Shown: positions 18,944-28,401, counted from the stretch's first letter. The stretch: DNA of 64,000 nt from an uncultured virus (IMG/VR IMGVR_UViG_3300017971_003573) (IMGVR_UViG_3300017971_003573), one strand, 5' to 3'. The notes: generated by a model not told the origin, from the sequence alone. Made by a program: numbers and translations.

Positions 18944-19705
18944 ATGGCCAAGAAAACCGCGAAGAAGAAAACGTCCAAGAAGTCGACACCCGAAACCCAG
19001 GCCGCGAACCTTCCGGTCGTCCTGGAGAAGCCGCTGCCGCCCGCGCCGTTGCAGACCCAGGTTACGCTCAACGACGAGCACATGATCCGCAGCGGCATGG
19101 CAGTCGCCAGGCGGACGTACAAGGAGCAACTGGAGGCGTCGACGGCGATCGAGGAGAGGTTGCAGAAGGAGATCCACGAGCTGGTGTCGCAGGCCCAGGA
19201 AGAGCTGGGAGTCTGCGCCCAGGCGTTCGTCGAGGGGCTCCCGGCAGAGACCGTATGCGACGCTTTGAAGCTCCTCGGCTTCAAGTACGTCGGCATCAAC
19301 GTGAGCTGTGATCTGCCGACCAAGATCAAGAACCGGTACGGCAAGTACCAGCTCAACGTCCTCTTCTACGAGACGGATGGCAAGGGCAAGCTGAGCGGCA
19401 CCAACATCCTCAGTCGCCCGTTCTTGTCAGCGACCCCGGCGACCGTTACCAAGATCCTGCGTGCCCGGGACAAGAAGGCCGAGGAGCTGTGCATGCAGCA
19501 GAAGGTCACCTCGCATTGGTCCGACGAACTCGACTCGATCGAGGACAAGCGAGACGAATACTATCTCGCGCTGGCCAGCAAGATCGCGACCCTCGATCCC
19601 GAGGTCCAGGCCACCCTGGAGCACGTTACAGGCACTATCCAGGAGACGATCGTCAAGGACGCCGAGAAGGTGTTCGAGAAGATCCGAGCCACCGCAGGAA
19701 AATAA
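18944..19705 (+). CDS. hypothetical protein with a Lys-rich N-terminus
   Basis: 253-aa ORF. Confidence 0.65.
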   Translation: MAKKTAKKKTSKKSTPETQAANLPVVLEKPLPPAPLQTQVTLNDEHMIRSGMAVARRTYKEQLEASTAIEERLQKEIHELVSQAQEELGVCAQAFVEGLPAETVCDALKLLGFKYVGINVSCDLPTKIKNRYGKYQLNVLFYETDGKGKLSGTNILSRPFLSATPATVTKILRARDKKAEELCMQQKVTSHWSDELDSIEDKRDEYYLALASKIATLDPEVQATLEHVTGTIQETIVKDAEKVFEKIRATAGK

Positions 19706-20745
19706 TGACGGTATCCGTCAACATCGTGCCGAAGCACTACGCCCCCGCAGTACCGCTTGCGGTACGTGTGCGGGCGTATGTCTTCGAGCGTGAGGACTCA
19801 CTCGGGACGTACTGGGTGTACTCGTCGGATCGGGAACATATACTGAAGGCGCAAAAACAGAACAGGGCCATCTTGTGTAGCAAGGTGGACGCCAACGGTA
19901 ACCCGGACTACAACGAAGTTCGTCGTAAATTCCATCAACGCTTTCCGGCAGCCGACCCGGCCATGGAGCGTATCGACTTCCAGCCGCACCAAAACCGTGT
20001 GATGGTGAAGAAGGAGTCCATTTACAAAGGCGACGACGCAGCCACGGCTGCTCGCTTGGCCAAGAAGTTCGATGGCGTACTCGATGTCACGCAAGGCAAC
20101 GTCAGTTGCTGGCGTACGACTGCCTTCGACTGGGACCAGCAGCGTCACGTACCCAAGGGCGAAGCCCGGCTGTGGGAACACGGCTGCTACCTCCGAGAGA
20201 TCGAGCGGCCCGTCGAGCGAGGTCATGCTTACTTCTACGAGATCGTCTACAATCCTGAAGTCGCCGCCAGGCGAAAGAAGAAGTGGTCGACGGCCCCGAA
20301 GAAGACGGAGAAGAAGGAGCGAGAGCTTCCGTACATAGTGCTCGCTGACTTCCAGACGTGGGGTAACGCGATGCGTGACCACATAGGCTCCGAGGGTCCA
20401 GGCTTCCTGGCCGACGAGTGGATCGACGTTAAGAGTCGATACGCATGTTTGAAGGCCATCTCGAAGATCCTCTACACATTCACCCTGCTCTTCGGACCAG
20501 GGGCATACAGGCGCGTCAAGGGCTTCGCTGTGATAGCGAAGCTGTGGGAGAAGAAGGGCCGCGCAACTTGGGACGCGTTCAATAGCTCGGACCCATTGCG
20601 TCAGCGCGGCGCCCACCGCAAGGTATTCAAACTATTCGACAAGGAGGTCGCAGAGGGCCGCAAGCGATGGCCAAGAGTAAAAGAACCAGGGGAGCTAAAA
20701 CTGGCTCCGTCGCCGGGGCGAGCGTTGAAGAGCTTGAATTCGTAA
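19705..20745 (+). CDS. hypothetical protein
   Basis: TAATG coupling. Confidence 0.6.
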   Translation: MTVSVNIVPKHYAPAVPLAVRVRAYVFEREDSLGTYWVYSSDREHILKAQKQNRAILCSKVDANGNPDYNEVRRKFHQRFPAADPAMERIDFQPHQNRVMVKKESIYKGDDAATAARLAKKFDGVLDVTQGNVSCWRTTAFDWDQQRHVPKGEARLWEHGCYLREIERPVERGHAYFYEIVYNPEVAARRKKKWSTAPKKTEKKERELPYIVLADFQTWGNAMRDHIGSEGPGFLADEWIDVKSRYACLKAISKILYTFTLLFGPGAYRRVKGFAVIAKLWEKKGRATWDAFNSSDPLRQRGAHRKVFKLFDKEVAEGRKRWPRVKEPGELKLAPSPGRALKSLNS

Positions 20746-20984
20746 AACGAGCCAAGCGCAACGACTCGATCACTGCCGAACGCTGGCAATGGCGATCCAA
20801 GTGCAACAGGTACTTGGTACAGAAAGCCGTCTCCCTCTACGAACGTGAGAATGGGAGACGGAAGGTCCGCTGGTACGCAATCCGAATCGAGGAGAACGGC
20901 CAGCAGGAGATTCTCTCCTCGTCTACCAGGACGAAGGACGGTACAATACGAGTGTGTCAGAAACATGCGGAGGAACAACAATGA
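20667..20984 (+). CDS. hypothetical basic protein
   Basis: 105-aa ORF. Confidence 0.5.
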   Translation: MAKSKRTRGAKTGSVAGASVEELEFVKRAKRNDSITAERWQWRSKCNRYLVQKAVSLYERENGRRKVRWYAIRIEENGQQEILSSSTRTKDGTIRVCQKHAEEQQ

Positions 20985-21268
20985 CGCAGCGCAGCCGAGT
21001 CATCGAGCTCGGTGAGAATGCTGAGACTGTCACTCCTGTCACGCCGGGCGAGATGCTGGTCACCATCTACAAGGACCAGTGGACTGCCATGGTGGACATG
21101 GAGCTCCGTGCAAGTTATGTCATCCTCAAACCAACGCGGATGCGATCTCCCAAAACAAGGGAGGAGGCTGTGGAGGTCGCTCGCGAGATTTTAGATGCGA
21201 TCGGCTTCCACGGCATTGTCCGCTGGCAATTTGGACGCAAAGGAGTTATCCGAGATGACCCAACCTGA
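20981..21268 (+). CDS. hypothetical protein
   Basis: ATGA overlap; GGAGG RBS. Confidence 0.55.
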   Translation: MTQRSRVIELGENAETVTPVTPGEMLVTIYKDQWTAMVDMELRASYVILKPTRMRSPKTREEAVEVAREILDAIGFHGIVRWQFGRKGVIRDDPT

Positions 21269-22247
21269 GCATCAGGGTAGCGACTTCCAGTTCGAGTATC
21301 GCTGGGTGCCCAACAATTATAGTGCGCGAGTGCAGCGATCGGCAGTGCTGTACCCGCTGTTGGGTATGGCACGATCGGTCGAACAGATCACCAGTGCGAC
21401 CAGCAACCTCGTGAAGTGTTGGCGTGCTCGTGTCACGCAGCTCTCATACAGCGGTTGGGACGCGAACTGGGGTCCGAAGGGGCTCGCCTACGCGAGAAAC
21501 TGCGTGCCCACGTTCGTCAAGGCACTCCCATCGTCGCGACCATGCCGCATGAACAGGCTGTGCCCGTTCTGTTATGCAAGGTGGGTAGGTGACATCTGGA
21601 ACCGTATAGACCAGGCGTTCCCTAACGTCCGCCGCGATGGTGGTGGCAACATCACGATCAACCGCCAGGCCATGAGCCAGCCGGTTGAGGGAGACATACC
21701 GGAGACAACCACGCCGGAGACGCACCACCGAGGCCGTCCACTTCGGGCGATCCAACTACACGAAGGAGCTGACCAGCCGATTGGTTTCCCGTTCCACTTG
21801 ATCGAGCAACGTAAGAATGTCACGTATCCTTACGACGAGTGCGGCCCTGGATCGCCGGAGCTGCTCCGCAAGATTGTAATGGACGGCAACCAGTTTCGTG
21901 CGTACTGGGTCAAGATGCACAAGATGGAAGGTGCATTCTGCTCGAACTTCGTAGCACCCGGGAAGAAAGGCTGGGAGCTGCAATTTCGAGGGCTCTACAA
22001 GGTCAGGCCGGATTTCGAGTTCGTCGCAGCTACAGGCGGTAAGGTCGAGCGGCACGAGCAGCCGACGCGACGCATCATTGCCTCGGCAGTGTCCAGGACT
22101 TGCCGATACCCCCGAGCATTCATGTTCGGTGACGTTGCCCAGATGGCCATGCTCCTAACGTCCCAACAGGGGCGGCGTGTGCGGCTGACGGCAACATACG
22201 GTGACTTCCGTAAATCAAAACTGAGGGATCTGCAAAATGAGCAGTGA
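21255..22247 (+). CDS. degenerate rolling-circle Rep (Rep_1-like) protein
   Basis: C..NRLCPFC Zn knuckle; GAF...GWELQFRGL where HxH is expected; RTCRYP (catalytic Tyr position); RLTATYGDFR resembles the Rep_1 C-terminal RLxxYGG motif. Confidence 0.45.
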   Translation: MTQPEHQGSDFQFEYRWVPNNYSARVQRSAVLYPLLGMARSVEQITSATSNLVKCWRARVTQLSYSGWDANWGPKGLAYARNCVPTFVKALPSSRPCRMNRLCPFCYARWVGDIWNRIDQAFPNVRRDGGGNITINRQAMSQPVEGDIPETTTPETHHRGRPLRAIQLHEGADQPIGFPFHLIEQRKNVTYPYDECGPGSPELLRKIVMDGNQFRAYWVKMHKMEGAFCSNFVAPGKKGWELQFRGLYKVRPDFEFVAATGGKVERHEQPTRRIIASAVSRTCRYPRAFMFGDVAQMAMLLTSQQGRRVRLTATYGDFRKSKLRDLQNEQ

Positions 22248-22539
22248 AGCACCAACCGAGGTGGTTCAACCGAAAGTCGAGCTCGTACTGCAATCGCAGT
22301 GCGTATCTCAGACGTACTTCGCACTGGATGAAGCAGTGGCGAACTTGGAGGAGCTGGTCACGGAGCACTCCGCTACAGCGATCGCCGACCTGGATCAGAT
22401 GGGTGGGATCCCGCAAGCGGTTCGGGCCGTCAACAGAGCCATGGTCCTGCTCGACATGCTCGGGGCAGGGCTTGCAAAACAGGAGGGCCGACTATGGCCT
22501 CACGGTACAGTGATTTCCGGTGGGAACGACTCCAAGTAA
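22237..22539 (+). CDS. hypothetical protein
   Basis: 100-aa ORF. Confidence 0.55.
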   Translation: MSSEAPTEVVQPKVELVLQSQCVSQTYFALDEAVANLEELVTEHSATAIADLDQMGGIPQAVRAVNRAMVLLDMLGAGLAKQEGRLWPHGTVISGGNDSK

Positions 22540-22574
22540 GGCAGTTGAGCCGCCGCAAAGGCGACCGTACGACC

Positions 22575-23525
22575 GTGGATGACATCACACCGGCACCGCC
22601 CCAGCCACTACCGATGGTCGGTAAGGCTGTCGGAACTGAGATGGCTGACTTGGCGTTCGCGATCTCGTCGGCCTTCAAGCGACGTGCCCCGGTGATCTTG
22701 TTCATCGGCGGCCACGCAGTCAAGGCCGGGATGAACGAGACCATCAATATGCTGATCCAAGAACGGATCGTTACCCACGTTGCGTGCAACGGCGCAGCCC
22801 TGCTCCACGACTGGGAGCTTGCCTACCACGGAAGCACCAGCGAGCATGTGCCCGACGCCATGGAGAGGGGCGAGTTCGGGATGTGGGACTACAGAGAACT
22901 CCACGATACCATCACCCAGGCATACGCAATGCAATGCGGCCTCGGTGAGCGGATTGGGCACCGCATGGTTGACCCGACTCTTCACGACGACGAGTATCCG
23001 TACTGGGTGACTAGCATCTTCCACACGGGTGCAGAGTTTCGGTGCCCCGTCACGGTGCATCCGCTTCTCGGCGGCGATGTCTTCCAGATGCGGATGAGCG
23101 CCGAGCTTATGGGCCAGTTCGCCGAGGTTTGCCACAAGGACTGGATGATATTCACAGACTCCGTTCAACGTATGACCTACATGGGCGGTGTCTTTCTCAA
23201 TATCGGTTCCGCTGTCACCGGGCCGGAGGTCTTCCTGAAGAGCCTCTCGATGGTGCGCAACGCGAACCCAGACAAGGCCCTGTTGCCGTTCACGACAGGT
23301 GTGATCGACATGCAACCGCTTCCCGACAACTGGCGGGAGGTCGAGCTTGACGAACAGGATCCCGTGTACTACAACAGGTTCCTCAAGACCATCCTCCGCC
23401 GCACGGTCGCAGGCGGAAAAAGCTACTACGTGCAGGGCGACCTTCGACAGGCGCTTCCTGCGTTACTCCAACAGATTAGGATCCATAGGAATGACGATGA
23501 CCGAGACCCCCGTTCCTCCGGCTGA
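22575..23525 (+). CDS. deoxyhypusine-synthase-like (GSU2086-type) NAD-binding protein
   Basis: PVILFIGGHAVKAG, THVACNGAALLHDWE, GEFGMW, GLGERIG, PVTVH, GGVFLNIGSAVTGPEVFLK; start uncertain. Confidence 0.7.
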   Translation: MDDITPAPPQPLPMVGKAVGTEMADLAFAISSAFKRRAPVILFIGGHAVKAGMNETINMLIQERIVTHVACNGAALLHDWELAYHGSTSEHVPDAMERGEFGMWDYRELHDTITQAYAMQCGLGERIGHRMVDPTLHDDEYPYWVTSIFHTGAEFRCPVTVHPLLGGDVFQMRMSAELMGQFAEVCHKDWMIFTDSVQRMTYMGGVFLNIGSAVTGPEVFLKSLSMVRNANPDKALLPFTTGVIDMQPLPDNWREVELDEQDPVYYNRFLKTILRRTVAGGKSYYVQGDLRQALPALLQQIRIHRNDDDRDPRSSG

Positions 23526-24597
23526 AGGCCAGCAGCAACTGCCAGGCGTCGTGGAGGAACCCACCCCCGTATTGACGTTGGTACGTGACTTTACCGAGAA
23601 GGAAGGTTGCGACTCCTACTCAACGGACTCCAAGAAGATCGACTTGATGCTTCTCTGGATCTGGCTTCGCCAGTTTACCGAAGGACTCACCTTCGAGACG
23701 TTCTTGGAGAAGTTCGCCCGCGTGGCGGACTTCAATGCCGAGAACCGCAAGCATCCCGAGGATGCGCTGAAGTTCCATTGCCCACGAGCCGCCAAGGTGG
23801 CCGAGAAGCTCGGCAAGCCACAATGGAACGCGAAGGAATGCGTTGGCATTCTCTCGCTCTACGTTGATCTGTGCCGCCTGGCGGATGCCGAAGGGCTCCA
23901 GCCTGGCGAGTACGCCGATCTGGACGCGTACCTGGAGATGGACGGCCCTGCCGTGAAGAGCGGCGAGGTGAAGCTCCCCGAGACGCCGAAGAAAGGTCGT
24001 AAGGCCAAGCCGAAAGCAGGCGATCCGGCACCCGCCGACCCCGACACGGGTCTTGTGCCGACCAACAACCCCATACGACCTACCGGCCCGGGGCAGCGTA
24101 TCGTGTACTCGATGGAGTCCGAGGGTGGCCGCCAGATCCGTGGCCAGTCCGAGAACGTCTTCGAGGATGGTGGTCGCTGGTACGTCACGTTCATCGCTGA
24201 CACGGGCGAGCGATGGGAAGCTGTCAACCAGGAGCACTGCACGCTCCTCGACGAGCCTCCGCCGCCGGTGCGTGAGGATGTTGTGGAGACCAAGACGCTT
24301 TGGATCCCCAAGGCGACTGCTCCGCAAGTCACGCAGGCCCTCGCACTGACCGGGCCGATGGGTAATGTCCAGATCGGGCAGCTCATCTACCCGTTCACGA
24401 CGGAGTTCGACGGCGGCGTGTCGGCGGACATCAACGTGGTGAACGGCGAGACCGGCCCGTTCGTGGAAGCCCAGCTCTACAAGACGTCCGATGAGACGGT
24501 GCTCGACGAGCTCGATCCGAGAAATCAGATCGTCGGCGAGTATCGGTTCACCACGGACCAAGGTGTGTTCTTACTGGAAGTCAAAGCCAAGGGTTAA
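23491..24597 (+). CDS. hypothetical protein
   Basis: ~368-aa ORF inside the sugar cluster. Confidence 0.65.
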   Translation: MTMTETPVPPAEGQQQLPGVVEEPTPVLTLVRDFTEKEGCDSYSTDSKKIDLMLLWIWLRQFTEGLTFETFLEKFARVADFNAENRKHPEDALKFHCPRAAKVAEKLGKPQWNAKECVGILSLYVDLCRLADAEGLQPGEYADLDAYLEMDGPAVKSGEVKLPETPKKGRKAKPKAGDPAPADPDTGLVPTNNPIRPTGPGQRIVYSMESEGGRQIRGQSENVFEDGGRWYVTFIADTGERWEAVNQEHCTLLDEPPPPVREDVVETKTLWIPKATAPQVTQALALTGPMGNVQIGQLIYPFTTEFDGGVSADINVVNGETGPFVEAQLYKTSDETVLDELDPRNQIVGEYRFTTDQGVFLLEVKAKG

Positions 24598-24599
24598 TC

Positions 24600-26066
24600 A
24601 TGTCGAGGCCGCGAGTGCTCGTGGTCGGCGACGTGATGCTCGACGGGTGGCTACACGGGCAAATGACCCGTGTGTCACCCGAGGCGGCGACGCCGGTCAT
24701 CCGAAATACCAGCACCACCTACACCGCCGGTGGCGCAGCCCATGTGGCTGTCAGCCTGGCCAAGTTGGGGTGCGATCCATATCTGGTCGGCATCACCGGC
24801 GTTGACGGATACCGCCAGACGCTTCTTGACATCCTGTCGCAGAACGGGGTCAACGCAAATCTGCGGCAAGTCTGCGAGGTCAGTACGATCACGAAGTTCC
24901 GCGTCCTCTCTGACGCCCGACAAGTGCTCCGTATTGACACTGAAGAGCCTCCGCGAGAGTACCTCGACGAACACCGTGCCGATGTGCAGCAGTGTATCGA
25001 GGTGCTCTTCAAGACAGGCTTCGGCTACGACGACATGCCCAAGGTCGAGGCGATCGTGATCGCCGACTACGGCAAGGGCGTGTTCAGTGCCTTGCTTGCG
25101 GACTGGCTGGTGGGTATCGGGAGACACGCACAGATCCCGGTGTTCGTCGATACCAAGCCAGGCCACGAGTGCTGGTTCCGCCATGCTACCGTGCTGAAGC
25201 CGAACTTCGGCGAGGCGAAGAAGATGTGCGACAACAACGTCAGCCCAGTGTTCGAGCTGGGTGACGAAGAGGACCAGACGCAGACGATGTGCGAATGGCT
25301 CCATAAACAATATGGTTACGGCGTCGTCGTCATCACTCGTGGTGGCAAGGGGGCGTCGTGCTTCAACGGGACCGACTTCTTCACGTCGTCGGTGGCACCC
25401 GTGGAAGTCTACGACGTCGCCGGGGCAGGCGACACGTTCATGGCCACGATGGTCGACAGCTACCTCCGTGGGGAGGATCTGCCAGGTGCCGTGCTGCGAG
25501 CCAACACGGCGGCCAGTGTGGCAGTAAGTCACCACGGAACCTACGCCATCGACCGCTGGGAGCTGCACGAGGCCACGATCGAGCGACACGGCCCGAAGGG
25601 CAAGATCATGTATCTGCCCAACGTGCTGGACTGGCTCGATTGGAAGCGCTCCCACGGCAAACGCGTCGTTGTCACCAACGGATGTTACCGCTTACTCCAC
25701 CACGGCCATCTAAGCACGTTTGAGTGGGCTAAGCACCAGGGTGACGTCCTAGTGGTGGCGATGAATTCCGATGATGCGGTCGAGCAGCTCAAGGGAAGGC
25801 GTCCCGTCATCCCGTGGGCTGACCGAGCGCTGATGATAGCGCAGCAGCCGTGCGTGGATGCTGTAATTAACTTCGACGACACGAACGTCGAGCGGACAAT
25901 TCGGGCAATCAAACCAGACGTTCTGGTGAAGGGCGCCCAGTACCAAGAGGAGAAAGTGCCAGGGGCAGACTACGTCGCCGGGTATGGCGGCAGTGTTCGG
26001 TTCGCTCCCATGGTAGAAGGAATTTCTTCAACGATCCTTGAACAGTCGCTTGACAAGAGTGGCTGA
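24600..26066 (+). CDS. hldE: bifunctional heptose-7-phosphate kinase / heptose-1-phosphate nucleotidyltransferase (HldE/RfaE-like)
   Basis: PfkB domain (VVGDVMLD, AGGAAHVA, DYGKG, KPNFGEA, DVAGAGDTF) fused to a cytidylyltransferase-like domain (TNGCYRLLHHGH, NSDDAV..LKG.RPV, KPDVLVKG). Confidence 0.9.
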   Translation: MSRPRVLVVGDVMLDGWLHGQMTRVSPEAATPVIRNTSTTYTAGGAAHVAVSLAKLGCDPYLVGITGVDGYRQTLLDILSQNGVNANLRQVCEVSTITKFRVLSDARQVLRIDTEEPPREYLDEHRADVQQCIEVLFKTGFGYDDMPKVEAIVIADYGKGVFSALLADWLVGIGRHAQIPVFVDTKPGHECWFRHATVLKPNFGEAKKMCDNNVSPVFELGDEEDQTQTMCEWLHKQYGYGVVVITRGGKGASCFNGTDFFTSSVAPVEVYDVAGAGDTFMATMVDSYLRGEDLPGAVLRANTAASVAVSHHGTYAIDRWELHEATIERHGPKGKIMYLPNVLDWLDWKRSHGKRVVVTNGCYRLLHHGHLSTFEWAKHQGDVLVVAMNSDDAVEQLKGRRPVIPWADRALMIAQQPCVDAVINFDDTNVERTIRAIKPDVLVKGAQYQEEKVPGADYVAGYGGSVRFAPMVEGISSTILEQSLDKSG

Positions 26067-26077
26067 TTTGATACTAT
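26050..26077 (+). promoter_or_regulatory. sigma70-type promoter
   Basis: TTGACA (26050-26055), 16 nt, TACTAT (26072-26077) with TG of an extended -10. Confidence 0.65.
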
Positions 26078-26120
26078 CAAGCCAACGGGGTGCCGCCCCG
26101 TCCATTTCTGATCCGGGAAC

Positions 26121-26150
26121 GGCCCCGCCCTAGTGGCGGGGTCTTCTTTT
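26121..26150 (+). terminator. intrinsic terminator-like hairpin
   Basis: GGCCCCGCC-CTAGT-GGCGGGGTC followed by TTCTTTT. Confidence 0.6.
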
Positions 26151-26948
26151 ATGAACAGATACGCGATCTTCACAATGGCGAAGAACGACGACCCGTTCCT
26201 TGAGGTCTGGTTGTCGTACTATAGCGCCGCCGCACCCGATGCGGATCTCTACGTGCTCGACCACGAGTCAGAGGGCGATCACGGGAAGAATCTCACGCAA
26301 CTCCAGAAGATGTACCCGTTCCACTACATACGGGTCCATGAGCCCACCAGTTTCAACTCGGTGTGGATGGTCAACGTCGTGAGGAGCTTCCAGACATTCT
26401 TGTTGCAGAGCTATGACATCGCGGCTTTCTCCGGGGTTGATGAGATCATAGCCCCGCACTGGGATCTGTCGATGACGTTGCAGGAGTGGCTTGCCTACTT
26501 CTTCAACCGTGACGACTTGCAGACCCGGTGTACGGGCTTCGAGGTCGTCCACGATGTCGAGAGCGAATCACCTATCGTCTGGGACCAGGAGATCCTGTTG
26601 CAGCGATCGCACTGGTACCAGTGCAAACGATACTCCAAGCCGATGGTCGCAAAGATCACGACATGGTGGGGTCCAGGCTTCTACAACGCAAGCAACGTGC
26701 CCGGCAAGCCGGACTCCGACGTTATCCTGATCCACTTGCACAAGGTCGACTTCGAGCTGTGTCGATTACGCCACCAGGAACGCAACGCTCGTGAGTGGCA
26801 TGCCCCCGCGCGTATCAAGGGGGTGTATCGCCACAACATGCTCGACGATCCCGACAAGCTGTCGCGGTGGATCCTCTCTAACGCCGACAATACGAGCGAG
26901 TACGCGAAGCTCGAACATATCCCGTCAAAGATAAGGACGCTGATCTGA
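26151..26948 (+). CDS. GT-A fold glycosyltransferase (GT2/GT92-like)
   Basis: FTMAKNDDPFLEVWLSYY...YVLDHES...GVDEII...SKP...LIHLH. Confidence 0.75.
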   Translation: MNRYAIFTMAKNDDPFLEVWLSYYSAAAPDADLYVLDHESEGDHGKNLTQLQKMYPFHYIRVHEPTSFNSVWMVNVVRSFQTFLLQSYDIAAFSGVDEIIAPHWDLSMTLQEWLAYFFNRDDLQTRCTGFEVVHDVESESPIVWDQEILLQRSHWYQCKRYSKPMVAKITTWWGPGFYNASNVPGKPDSDVILIHLHKVDFELCRLRHQERNAREWHAPARIKGVYRHNMLDDPDKLSRWILSNADNTSEYAKLEHIPSKIRTLI

Positions 26949-27808
26949 TGTTCGAGGTGCAGACTGTAGTGGCCCTACACGCGTCGCGTGGAGCTTATCC
27001 GGTACAGGATCTGCTTCGCGCGATGCAGTGGGGTTTCCGCGAGCCGTGGCACGCGGTCGTCATCAACACCAGCGGCAGCGAATTGCTGCTGGAGTCCAAC
27101 CGATGCACGATACTAACACCCGACCTCGGCGAACAGAAGATCGCACCAGGCTTCCTCCGAGGGATAGGGATCAAGTGGGCGCTTGACGAGAGTGTGCAGG
27201 CGAAACAGTTCATGCTGCTGGACGACGCGTGTATGATCCTTCAGCCTGGCCTGGATCAGTGGTCCTACGAGCACCTCTCCAAGACTCACGTCGGGATCAT
27301 GGGTGTCGTCGAGCGCTACCATCGCAGCGATGCCTATGCTCGCTGCACGCCGATCTTTGATTGGTGGAATCTGCCACATGGCGAATTCGAGCCTGACGGG
27401 CGGACATTGATGGACCCGGCGATCTTCTTGTCAGCGGAGGCTGCGATGACGTTGTATCAACGCAACCTCCTCGTTCCTGACAAGTGCGACCAGTGGCCAC
27501 TCGGGCATGGCGTCTACATGTCTTGGGTGAGCCAGATGCTCGGCCTTTACCAAGTTGGCTGGGGCCACACTGACAAGCCTATGCCGCCGCTCTACGTTCA
27601 CGAGCACGGTAACATCAGATGTCAGCCAGGCCCGCACATACTGTCGCCGAGCTTCATGCTGTACTACTCCGCCCGTCACGCGACGGGATACTCCGAAGAA
27701 GATTTGCGTGAAGCGTTCAAACGTACGCGTGGAGAGCAAGCTAAGGAGACGATGCCGATGCGTCCGGTTGTGTCACCGGAGCAGCGGGGTCCGACTGCGC
27801 TTGGCTAG
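26948..27808 (+). CDS. putative GT-A glycosyltransferase-like protein
   Basis: Coupled to the upstream GT; FMLLDDAC acidic motif at the DxD position. Confidence 0.5.
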   Translation: MFEVQTVVALHASRGAYPVQDLLRAMQWGFREPWHAVVINTSGSELLLESNRCTILTPDLGEQKIAPGFLRGIGIKWALDESVQAKQFMLLDDACMILQPGLDQWSYEHLSKTHVGIMGVVERYHRSDAYARCTPIFDWWNLPHGEFEPDGRTLMDPAIFLSAEAAMTLYQRNLLVPDKCDQWPLGHGVYMSWVSQMLGLYQVGWGHTDKPMPPLYVHEHGNIRCQPGPHILSPSFMLYYSARHATGYSEEDLREAFKRTRGEQAKETMPMRPVVSPEQRGPTALG

Positions 27809-27980
27809 CTTTGCGATGAATGGCATCGTAGACCTCCTGTCGATGCACAGGCAGCTCCTTCGGGGCCTCAACACCCAAGCGAACCTTGTCGCCCCGAATC
27901 TCCACGATAACGAGTGTGACCTTTTCGGCTCCTTCGCCGATGACGATCTTCTCGTTCTTCTTCCTACTAAGGACTAACAT
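27741..27980 (-). CDS. csrA: carbon storage regulator CsrA/RsmA homolog
   Basis: MLVLSRKKNEKIVIG...VEIRGDKVRLGVEAPKELPVHRQEVYDAI; GGAGG RBS before the ATG at 27980. Confidence 0.93.
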   Translation of the reverse strand: MLVLSRKKNEKIVIGEGAEKVTLVIVEIRGDKVRLGVEAPKELPVHRQEVYDAIHRKASQAQSDPAAPVTQPDASASSP

Positions 27981-28053
27981 ATCGACCTCCAATCCATGGA
28001 TGAATGGTGTTACAATTATTCTACGGTAAGACCCGCTTTTCAGAAAGATCAAC

Positions 28054-28374
28054 ATGGGCGAATCGTTTGATCACCTGTATCAAGCAACGATGGACCGGGA
28101 GCACCCTCTACTGTGGGAGGTGCAGCGGTTGGCGGAGGACGGCGTGTGTGACGACATGCTGGCGACCGTCCGCCTGGCCAAGCTGCTCCAGCAGGCCGGG
28201 ATCGACTACGCGGAGACGGTGCATGACCTCGCGATTCGCAACAGAATGCGGATCAGGCCGATGCCGCCGTGTCCCGGCTGCGGGTACCCCGATTGTCCCG
28301 GAGCCTTGTTCGTATACAATCAGCCGGTGAGTGCCGGTCTCAGTTCGTTCGTATCGTCCCTATTCGGCAAATAG
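28054..28374 (+). CDS. hypothetical protein with a Cys cluster
   Basis: CPGCGYPDC. Confidence 0.55.
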   Translation: MGESFDHLYQATMDREHPLLWEVQRLAEDGVCDDMLATVRLAKLLQQAGIDYAETVHDLAIRNRMRIRPMPPCPGCGYPDCPGALFVYNQPVSAGLSSFVSSLFGK

Positions 28375-28393
28375 GGCGGTAATTAGAAACCAA
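28375..28393 (+). promoter_or_regulatory. 19-bp motif GGCGGTAATTAGAAACCAA, copy 2
   Basis: Exact repeat, 8 nt before the SbcD-like start. Confidence 0.75.
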
Positions 28394-28401
28394 ACAGGAA
28401 C

